A stretch of 64,000 nt of DNA from Octopus vulgaris (lineage: Eukaryota): positions 71,920,001 through 71,984,000 of the forward strand of contig OX597831.1 of NCBI GenBank assembly GCA_951406725.2, in the 5' to 3' direction. Each line of letters opens with the position of its first letter. The stretch's first letter is position 1. The notes under the pieces are model-generated. The model ran no database searches, was not told the DNA's origin, and saw only the letters and a list, made by a program, of their open reading frames with translations. The position numbers were made by a program, and so were the translations under genes. Positions 52,761 to 64,000 of this stretch are shown one piece after another.

Positions 52761-53437
52761 CAATGGGTAGGAACATGTCAGAAAATGTAAATAATACATA
52801 CAGAAAACCCTGGGCTCAGTCTTCTGTTGTATTCTCTACTCTCTCATTTGTGAGGTTCAAGTTTGGACTCATCAGTTAATCTATCCATGAATAGCCTCTT
52901 CGATTGACTACTCGGGTCCTCATCTCTTTTATCTGCGATATTGAATTATGATCTTTCGGGATATATACCTATATATAAAGAATTAATGTGAACTCTTGCT
53001 TTCTTGATTTTCCTGTCTTTCGACTTGATAGCTTTTTTCATATACTCCCTTCTGTATAACTATTTTACAAATGCATTGATGCCATTAGCAACTGTTTGTC
53101 CATCGGTGTATATATAATCAATGCAGAAATGAGACATAGCTGTTGTATATGTGATCCGTAATTCAAACATCTTTCAAGGTTCAAAAATCATTTAAGATCT
53201 CACGCTAGGAAAGAGCAATTATAGATATAAGATGTTAAGCATAGCCACCATACATACATACATACATACATACATACATACATACATACATACATACATA
53301 CATACATACATACATACATACGTACAAACGTACGTACGTATGTACGCACACAAACGTAAAATGCAAGCACAAATATAGATAGATCACTGACCACTTGATA
53401 GACAGACAGACAGAAGATAGGTAGGTAGGTAGGTAGG

Positions 53438-53515
<78 letters not shown>

Positions 53516-53551
53516 TAAGATGTTAAGCCCTGCAAGGAGCAGATAGCCACC

Positions 53552-53595
<44 letters not shown>

Positions 53596-53596
53596 G

Positions 53597-53627
<31 letters not shown>

Positions 53628-53636
53628 GTAGGTAGG

Positions 53637-53685
<49 letters not shown>

Positions 53686-53699
53686 CACTGACTTGATCG

Positions 53700-53813
<114 letters not shown>

Positions 53814-55182
53814 CATATTGGCTATTCAATTAACGTCATAATGCTTGTTGATCGAACCAAGTATCATCTGAACTAAGTCCACAACCAAACCGTGGCGAAA
53901 GTTTACTGAAACTGTTGCTGTGACATTTTGTTTGTAAAGTTCATTTTGCTAACGCCTTAAGATTCCAGGGAATTCTAACTTCCTGTTAATTGATGGCAGG
54001 AAGAAAAAGATGGATGACAGAGGGTCTTTTTCTCCGTTTTCTAATTTTTCTGTTTTTATTTGTACGTCGGAACGTATTATTCAGACAAGTTGCTCTACTT
54101 CCTGTCGTTAAATCTCTTGTCAAATTCCTCTTCCGGTCAACAACTCTTTTTTTTACCCCAGGACACTAATTTTCTCGCTAGCGTTTGTCTCGTGATATAA
54201 GCAGAAATAGAAAACTCTAATAAAATTAGGTTCTTTAATTAGTATTGAATAAACACCTACTTTCTCACGATATCTAGATCTTGATCCCTGCGGCTAGATT
54301 TATGTATTTTATATTCCTTTCCTGTGCACCCATAACGGTATGATTGATGAAATTCAGAGAAGTATACAGTCCTACACAACACATGTCTCCATCTCAGCTG
54401 ACAAGTTTTTAAATAACATTTTAGCCGAATGTAATTCGATTTCAAATCAAATCGAGGCCAATATGGACAAACTTTTTAAAACCTGGTAAATATAGGTTTC
54501 AATTCTTGGTGCAAGGCCAACTACTTTTTAGGAGTGGGAGAAAAATCGATTACCTCAACCCCAGTGTTTAACTGGTCCTTGTTCAAGCATCATCATACAT
54601 TTGATCACAATAAACAAATCATTTGTACAGGTTGTTCGGTTAGAAATCGCTAAACTGTCTTTCTCGAACTACGAGAGACTACCATTATATTAGTATGTAA
54701 TGCCATCTTAAACCTCCTTTTGTAATTTTAAGTCTCTCTACTTTGTTCTCTCTCTCCCCCTTTCTTTCTCTCTCCCCCCTCTTTCTCTCTCAAATATCAT
54801 TAAAAAATACTCTTATCATTCTCATTTGGCGAGATTTGATATTTCTCAATCTTGTTCGACCAGCAACATTCGATTGTTACTGCACAGTTCTTATTTCCTC
54901 CGACTTTGCCCTCTCTAGGACTAATCTAATGTGCTGTTCCGTTATCAAGATGATAGGGAAGGTATGATTTAAAAGAATCCTGGCTGCTATTTCTAGCTAG
55001 TCAGAGCGACTACATAAAACTCCCTCCTTAGCTTGAACATCTGTGTTGTTGTAACTGCTGTTGTGGAAATTGTTCATGCTGTTGATGTTTTTGTTTCAGC
55101 CATGCACTGTCAAACCACACTTTACTATTTGTAATATATTATTTTCTGCAGATGTGACAAGGATTTCAAATATGCACACATA

Positions 55183-55345
55183 GACGCAGGCTTGGCTGTG
55201 CGGTAAAAAGCTTGCTCCCCAACGACATGGTTCCGGGTTCAGTTCTACTGCATGGCACCTTGGGCAAGGGTTTTCTACTATAGACTCGGACCGACCAAAG
55301 CCTTGTCAGTGGATTTGGTAGATGGAAACTGAAAGAAGACCGTCG
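55183..55345 (+). mobile_element. SINE family 1 head/core
   Basis: gacgcaggcttggctgtgcggtaa...gaaactgaaagaagaccgtcg. Confidence 0.9.
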
Positions 55346-55429
55346 TATATGAATGTGTGTATGTGTATTCTCTTTCTCTTTTTAATTCAAAGTAAATTTT
55401 GACTGGCCGCCTACTTGTTTTAACCATCC

Positions 55430-55900
55430 TCCTTTAAATCTTAAGAGGGTCTCGCAGATTTTTATAGTCCCAGATATCGTGATCATTTGTAGCGTATGAA
55501 TAAAGGATTTGACTTCTCTCACGAAGATTTCAAGTTCAACCCTAATTTGCTCTAGACGGGTTGATACGAATAATATGTATGAGCTGAAAGTGTATGTTGG
55601 GTACTGAATTTGTAACTCTTCATCAATGATCCATTGATGTCCTCTTTCTCTCGTATTTTTCTAATCACATTGGTGTCCCGGGGCAACTTTCCACAACAGA
55701 ACATGTCTTTTTTTTTTTGTGATCCCACACAACAATATCTGGCTGGTTATGTTGTAACATCGTGGCTGTTTTAATTTTTAAGTTCCACCAATATTCTTTT
55801 GACCCATCGGTCTCAATATAATCAACTTCGTTCGTAAGTGTTTTCGTTTTTTTATTATCCTGTATGTAGGTATGTAAATATGCATGCAAAAGGGTCTTCT
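55430..55900 (-). pseudogene. RLE non-LTR retrotransposon endonuclease relic
   Basis: EYWWNLKIKTATMLQHNQPDIVVWD...CSVVE.SCP; further on LQMITISGTIKIC. Confidence 0.75.
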
Positions 55901-56133
55901 ACGATGTAATAACTAATTACATCGTACAAGAACCATTTTAGCCATCTTAAAATACAAAATCTGCTAGGTCCATTTTGTATACATTACGTGACGTATGAAA
56001 AACTTTCGTCGCATTGCTGCGACCTCGTTACTGACATGATACCCATCACTTTTGTAGCTTTTCTCCCCCACCTTTCTTTTCTTTCCTATGTCTTTCTTTT
56101 GACAATTTGATTGGCTTTGAATTTATGCAGACG

Positions 56134-56232
<99 letters not shown>

Positions 56233-56372
56233 ATTTAATATACAGAATATATGTTTCCATGTGCTACTATTAGTTTCATGTGGTGAGACCATCCCAGACA
56301 GTAACTTTTAACACGTCTGGTATCTCTCACCAGATGGAGAACTTTTTTGTTGATCTTACCATCATGGAACAA

Positions 56373-56470
<98 letters not shown>

Positions 56471-56770
56471 ATATACATACATACATGCATACATACATAC
56501 ATACATACATACATACATACATACCAGAACATAAAATATATTCGCTAGGTGGCCAACTGATGCTATTTGGAGTTCAGCTTGATGCCCCTTTACACACAAA
56601 TTCTAGAGAAAGATCTTTTTTTCCAGATGTAAAATCCCGCAGAGATTGCATTTCACGTTCTGGTGTACGAGAGAGTGTTAAAATATATGTGCACATTTCT
56701 GATTTGCTATCTGCTCTTTGGTGTAGTTAAACCCTCTCTCTATCCCTGTTTCCTATCTATCTATGCATGC

Positions 56771-57211
<441 letters not shown>

Positions 57212-57459
57212 TTTTATACATATATGTGTGTGGGGGGGTGTACATATGCGTGTGTGTGCGTATGTATATATCACTAATGAGCGCTAATTATTCAAATAAT
57301 ATTGTTGTATACATTAAATCTGAACGTGCGTATACAAACAGGAAATATAGAGGATGATGAAATAAAGAGTACCAGGTGCGAAAATATTTGAATATGCGTG
57401 TATGTGTGTGTGTGTGCTGTAGGTATGCGTGTGTATATGTGGGTATGTTTCTATATTTA

Positions 57460-57521
<62 letters not shown>

Positions 57522-57543
57522 ATTATGTCTGGGGAGAAAAGAA

Positions 57544-57576
<33 letters not shown>

Positions 57577-58689
57577 CTTATACATACATACATACACATA
57601 TCTATATATGTTCGTTTTGTGAGAGAAAGAGAGGGTTAGAGAGTGCGAACGAATGACACAGAAATACGTAGATGAAGAAATAGATTGCTTCAAACAATAT
57701 TTTCGGCTTCTTTTAAGAATGTTTGTGCGGAGTCAAAATGGCCGGTTGATTTAGTTTAGAAACTATGGCGTCAAAACTTGGCTATTAATCTAATGTATTT
57801 TCTGGTGTTCACCTAAACGAACTAGCTTCTATGAGGTTACTTGAGCTGCTAGAAATAATAGTCAAAGATCCCTAATGTTTTAATAAAGTGAAGAATTATA
57901 GAATAGTACGGTTGAATGTACATTATATCAGGAAACAAAGCGGAGCGATATGATCACAGTAGAAACGACTTTGAAAATAGATCTGACTTGGAACTACATA
58001 ACAGCAACAAGGACAAAACCAACATATTTGTCTTGATACAGGGAAACCAGGTCTGAGTAAAGTGAGATTTTTACACGCACTTTTTTTTCTAAATATTTTT
58101 AGTGACGTACTATGTATGTATATCAAATAGATATTGGTATAGTAGAGTCAGATGTTAGATATTTTTTTTCTTTTTGATATATCACATGTGATAGAAATAT
58201 TACGTATACCATAGATATTACTTTTTCCAAAGCTGTCTTTATCAGCTGTGCTTGGACTACCAATGATAGCGGATATACAAAAGATGTTTCATACACCAGA
58301 AATATCGAAAGTTAACAGAAATATTAGATATAACATACATATCGCATATAGGGGAAATGTTACCATATGCCAGAGATAACTCACAAGCCAGATATCATGC
58401 ATAGCAAAGATAGTATAGATTTCATACTTTCGACATACAAACTATCTTACAGAGTAGAGATGACAGCCTACCAGAGATATTAGAAATAGTAGATATACCA
58501 ATCATGCAAGTAATATCAGCCATACTACAAAATACCATTCATACCGAAGATATCAACTATACCAAATGCATCAACTATTATGGAGATGTTACATGCATCA
58601 GAGATACCAAAGATACCAGAGATATCATACTTATAATATATTTCAGCCTCTCGTATAGCTGTATGCCATACAAGCAACTTACCATACTC

Positions 58690-58785
58690 TGCATGTTAAG
58701 TTGCTTGTTTACCAGCCACATGGTTCCGAGTTCAGTCCCACTGAATGGCACCTTGGGTAAGTGTCTTCTACTATAGCCTCGGGCC

Positions 58786-58825
<40 letters not shown>

Positions 58826-59025
58826 ACATGTTTGTGTTCTGTGTTTGTCCCCACCCCACCCCACCAACGCTTGACAACCGATGTTGGTGGGGAGGGGTCA
58901 GTAAAAGAGAATGATAGAATAAGCACTAGGCTTACAAACAATAAGTCCTGGGTTCGATCTGTTCGACTAAAGGCGGTGCTCCAGTATGGTCGCAGTCAAA
59001 TGACTGAAACAAATAAATGAATAAA
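58690..59025 (+). mobile_element. SINE family 1 with internal deletions
   Basis: ccacatggttccgagttcagtcccactg...gactgaaacaaataaa. Confidence 0.9.
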
Positions 59026-61092
59026 AGAACATGTATGTATGTGTGTATGTATGTATGTATGTATGTATGTGTGTATGTATGTGTGTATGTGTGTATGTAT
59101 GTGTGTATGTATGTATGTGTGTATGTATGTGTGTATGTGTGTATGTATGTGTGTGTGTATGTGTGCATGTATGTATGTATGTATGCATGTAGGTATGTAT
59201 GTATGTATGTATGTATGTATGTATGTATGTATGTGTGTATGTATGTATGCATGTATGTATGTATGCATGTATGCATGTATGCATGTATGTATGTATGTGT
59301 GTGTGTATGTGTGCATGTATGTATGTATGTATGCATGTAGGTATGTATGTATGTATGTATGTACGTATGTATATATGTACGTATGTATGTATGTATGTAC
59401 GAATGTATGTATGTATGTATGAATACATGAGAACATAGCATTTGGAAATGAAAGAAACTTTTCGCTAGAAACAAACGTCACCCCCCCCCCCATCCATACC
59501 ATCAATGTACAAATATCTGTCGTAAATTGTATTAGTCATCTTTTGATTCTGAAATTTACGAACATAAAACCTAGGTTTCATCTTCCAACGGTAATTATTT
59601 GCACTGAGACGCATGCGTTAAATCAGCGATATGTAAAGATGTAAATTTTAGCCCAACAAAAAAATAAATTCCTCGTCATTGTCTTCTCACCACTACCACG
59701 ATCACTGCAGTCAATACGGAGAACATGAATTATTTATATTCACAATGAAATCACTATCAAATCTGAAGATGTGTTATGAGTATTATATTAACATAATGCA
59801 GTTCACATTTTTAATTCAAATGTCAGCTAATTTTCAAGGTGTTTGATATTTAACAGAACAACGAGGAGGCGCCAAGTGTTATGAAGAAAGGATGATCTCT
59901 CTTGTAATAACTGCGACTGTCAGGGGAGAAAATTGTTTGAAAAATTCTTGCTGTGGTTTCGAAAAAAACTGTTAAAGGTGTTGACGACCGTTCACGAACA
60001 TGTGCCTGTTCTACTACATAACTAAAGGGCATACAACGAAACTAACAGCTACACCTCAAAGGTTATATCTGGAAACAGTTTAGGAATTTGTTTGTGGTTC
60101 AAACTGGAATTATTGGCCACTTTAAGACACCTTCACAAGATAGAATTTTCTAGAAACTGTTATTTTCTCATATGTAAACACTAAAAACTTTTTCTCTTTA
60201 CTCTCGATTGCCAAACTACTAACATTCTATGAAGAAGAAAAAAACTTTGTGAATTTCCTGCAGACTATAATTATCTCCATCTGTAATGAAATGACTCGCT
60301 TTATAAAATGCTTACTTAATAATGTATATATATCATGCTGACTATTTCTAAAAAGAATGAAATAGTAGTAGTATATATGATCACCAGTGACTAGAAAATT
60401 TATGAGAAGCTTGTAACATGTAAGCAAAAAGAAATTAAAATAGGTAAACGCTGCGTCCTTATCATTATTCCTCAGTTTCAAATTTAGATTTCTTATCCCA
60501 CCAAATATTAAGAAGAAAGGATGATCTCCTTGTAATAAATGCGATTGCGAGGGGAAAACACGTGTTTGACACAAATTTAAATCATGTACAACAACGCATT
60601 AAAAATGAATTTTGTAGAAGTATGACCAGTTTCCATTCAATCCAAAAAGTAATAAAACTGCATACAACCATATACACATACATATACGCATATTATTTAT
60701 AAGCTGCGGGTTACGAGGTAATTCAAGTGCCGTGAGTTTCGTGCCAAGCATGTATTTTACATATAGGTATGTATATACATGTATACATATTCCAAATGCT
60801 GACAAGTACAAAGAAGTTATGTCTGTCCATGGTAAGATGATTCTGAAAGTGCATAAAGTGGTTACTCAATAATTGTTCCCAAAGTGACATAGGCGAAACA
60901 AAGTATATCTTGTCGAATTAACGATAATGGATTAAGTTTTTATGCGCACATGTGTGCATGTGTATACACACACATATATACATATACACACACATACATA
61001 CACACACACAAACACAGACATACATATTCATATATATATATATACACACATCCATACATACGCATGTATACACACACACATATATATATATA

Positions 61093-61302
61093 ATGCTGTC
61101 CGGCATTCGCCATGATAGATCGTTAGTCACGACACATTCTTTATTTTCTCTCCTTGTTTCTTTCTGTGTTCCTTTCTGTGGAAGAGCGTAGGCTCGAAAC
61201 GTTAAAGATTTTTTATTTCCCGAGCGTTATACTAATACATCTGTTTGTTTTCTACACCACCTGTCTTCGTCTTTTGCTTGTTTGTGAATTCTCCCCCCCC
61301 CC
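61093..61302 (+). mobile_element. Family H1 mini-element with HHR-like motif at 61172-61207
   Basis: CTTT-CTGTGGA-A-GAGC(GTAG)GCTC-GAA-ACGT-T-AAAG; TA tracts at both ends. Confidence 0.8.
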
Positions 61303-61321
61303 CTATATATATATATATATC

Positions 61322-61353
<32 letters not shown>

Positions 61354-62533
61354 TCATTCATAAACATATTTCCTGCATGCTCACACACATACATACATAC
61401 ATAAATTACATTCATACATATATACGCTGGCATTCCGTTTCTCCGCCATATTAATCCCTGAGCTCCTGTTTTACACATTTTTACCCCAAACGGCGGAACA
61501 ATGTCCTGTGACGTCATATTCTACTATTCTTGAAGTAAATAGGGTTTAACACTTTTCCGAAAATTGTCAGCATATAATTGCTATTCTAAATATTACATCA
61601 CTGTTTATGTGGAAATTTTGTGCGCTTTTTAGTATTTTTCGAGTTTTCACATCAATGGCTCGGATCTCATCAAGCGTCCAATCAAGCAGCCCAAATGTTG
61701 GTATGAGTACTGGCACATCAAACACATTGTGGGACACTGTTTTATTGAATGCAGAGAGTTCTGAGGTCCAAATTTTCTTTATTCTGCTGTAATATTCTTT
61801 AATGACACGTGTTTTGTTACATGTTCCACTGTAAGACACCTGTAATATTCCTCGTCAGATACAGGGGAAACAGTTAAATCATTGATGGAGATGTTACTAG
61901 TCTGGTTTATAGTTTTCCCCCTTTTCCCAACCATATAACAACATTTAACCTGACAAAACTCCAACCCTACATTCTTTGAGTATGTTGTGACTAGGTCAAG
62001 GATCTTTTCCATCTCATGCATATTCTTTGCATAAAGTTTTTAAGTCATCCTCAAAGAAACAGTGTATAATTCTGGTATTTTTGTTTCCTTGTGAACCAGT
62101 GAGATATCCTTCAGACGTCCTTAACATGAATGACAAGGAGTTTACAGAAAGTATAAACAACATCACAGAGAGACTGTCTCCTTGGAATATGCTTTTGCTG
62201 TACTCTATCGGTGATAATACACTCACTCTTTGTGTTCAATTTCAAGATGGCGGCCCACGATGAAGTCAGGTTAGCTATGGCTTTGACTATTCTCACTGGA
62301 ACTTAAGCAACTTAAAGGGCTTCTAGCATCCATGAATGGGGTACAAAGCCAAAAACTTTCTTGTAGTCTTGCCACATTGAAACTAGGTTCCTCCTGAGCT
62401 CTCGCACCTCTGACATCGCAGTTTTGGTGATTAACAATTGCTCGGCACATCTTCCGACTCCCTTCTTCCCAGCATCTTGTTCTGCTGTGATAATGTTATT
62501 GGTTTCACAATGGTCCCGGAGCAAGAGGTTTAA

Positions 62534-62656
62534 ACTTCAATGATATAATTGTTTTACGTGTGTGGTGTGAGTGTCTTTCTATGCATGCCTGTGGGCATAT
62601 TAATTTGGGTGTATATGTGTACGTATGAATATATAGACGTACTTACGTGTAGGTAA

Positions 62657-62695
<39 letters not shown>

Positions 62696-62795
62696 ATTTT
62701 ATACTGTTTTTCTTGGATGTTAACATGTTCGGCTACTGCTGTCAATTCTATTATTGCACCCCCTTTGTTCCATGTGAGATTTTTAGCGCTCAAAT
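62534..62795. repeat. Unclassified ~260-bp insertion, copy 1
   Basis: ACTTCAATGA...GCGCTCAAAT, near-identical to 63527-63836 apart from (TG)n length. Confidence 0.9.
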
Positions 62796-63260
62796 GCTAT
62801 ATATATTTTATTCATTAAGTTCAAATGCTATATATATTTTATACATTAAGTTCTGGCATACAATTGGCCGGTAGTTTTTTTGCCATGTGGGTGGTTCTGC
62901 ATTTAGGAATTAATTTTGTCTTTGCCAGAACTAACCAGTGTGGTATGCTACTGTTCCCAATAAAAGCTTGCTGGTACAGATTGATAAGATATGGTCAGTA
63001 GAATGTTGGCTACTTGTACCAATATCCAGCAATCAAGTCTCTTCCAGGTGCTTTTCCATTTTGGAGTTTCTGGATCACAGTTGCAAACGTTTCACCATCA
63101 ATGTTGTATCTCTTGGATGTAATGCAGGAGCAATAACTTTTTCGGATTTATTCCAGCCACAGAACATCTTCATTAAATTCATTCGCTTCACTCCAGATTT
63201 TCCTCCAGAAGGAGTATATGTCTTCTCGTATGTATGTATGTATGTATGTATGTATGTATG

Positions 63261-63291
<31 letters not shown>

Positions 63292-63526
63292 GTATGTATG
63301 TAAGTATGTATGTATGTATGTATGTAAGTATGTATGTATGTATGTATGTATGTATGTATGTATGTATGTATGTATGTATAAGTGATTCAGTGATTCAGTA
63401 ACTGGAACAGAGTCCATGGAAAGAAGTGTTGTGAAACTATGGGAGAATTTGTAAACGACTTTACTATCAAGAAATAAACGATGAGTATAACAGTTTTTTC
63501 GAGTTTTCTTAAATAACTAAAGAAAC

Positions 63527-63649
63527 ACTTCAATGATATAATTGTTTTACGTGTGTGGTGTGAGTGTCTTTCTATGCATGCCTGTGGGCATATTAATTTG
63601 ACTGTATGTGTGTACGTATGAATATATAGACGTACTTACGTGTAGGTAA

Positions 63650-63732
<83 letters not shown>

Positions 63733-63836
63733 TATAATTTTATACTGTTTTTCTTGGATGTTAACATGTTCGGCTACTGCTGTCAATTCTATTATTGCAC
63801 CCCCTTTGTTCCATGTGAGATTTTTAGCGCTCAAAT
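63527..63836. repeat. Unclassified insertion, copy 2
   Basis: Same termini as copy 1 with different flanks. Confidence 0.9.
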
Positions 63837-64000
63837 ATCGTTGAATTCATTTGGGATTAAAACGTAATAAAATTTTCAGAGAACACTTCTAGATTTATCC
63901 TCTATAACAGCAGACGTATGTATTTTCGGTGAATGTTTAACAGCTGAGGTTCCTTGTAGCACTGTGATGTTTCATTATCTTCTTCGTATTCCGACTGTTG

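Larger units (their letters stand above)
61590..64000 (-). pseudogene. Decayed R4/Dong-type LINE reverse transcriptase, interrupted by two insertions and (TATG)n
   Basis: SFWRKIWS; APGRDLI; NYRPIVCQNLMYK; EQDAGKKG..CAEQLLI; DYKKVF..VPHSW; IFQGDSLS; FFEDDLK; RIKKIWTSELSAFNK; IDVKTRKIL. Confidence 0.85.

Noticed and set aside
52850-52880. Minus-strand CTGATGAGTCC, a classic HHR start
   Set aside because: No complementary GGAC or GAAA follows.

Overview
Eukaryotic, repeat-dominated, AT-rich DNA. The SINE repertoire and extreme microsatellite density point to a cephalopod (Octopus-like) intronic or intergenic region; this taxon call is inference from pattern recognition. No intact host protein-coding gene is supportable, and nearly all listed ORFs are microsatellite artefacts. 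Real content: several families of Penelope-like retroelements (PLE; RT plus C-terminal GIY-YIG), including one near-complete locus with partial-tandem and inverted pseudo-LTRs (31.5-36.3 kb); Dong/R4-type RLE LINE pieces, one inside a (TAA)n array; an L1/Tx1-like 3' end; Tc1/mariner relics; three non-autonomous Helitrons; a hAT-like MITE; and three or four SINE families. The most interesting signal is a set of at least 10 hammerhead-ribozyme (HHR) motifs from about five sequence families, mostly in short elements lodged in (TA)n tracts. They include a canonical-core HHR with a 59-nt helix II, a U3-A8 covariant core followed by a putative retained intron, a family with U at the normally conserved A6, and fold-back palindromes centred on the helix II hairpin. 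All folding and alignment was done by eye, and repeat boundaries are approximate unless stated.
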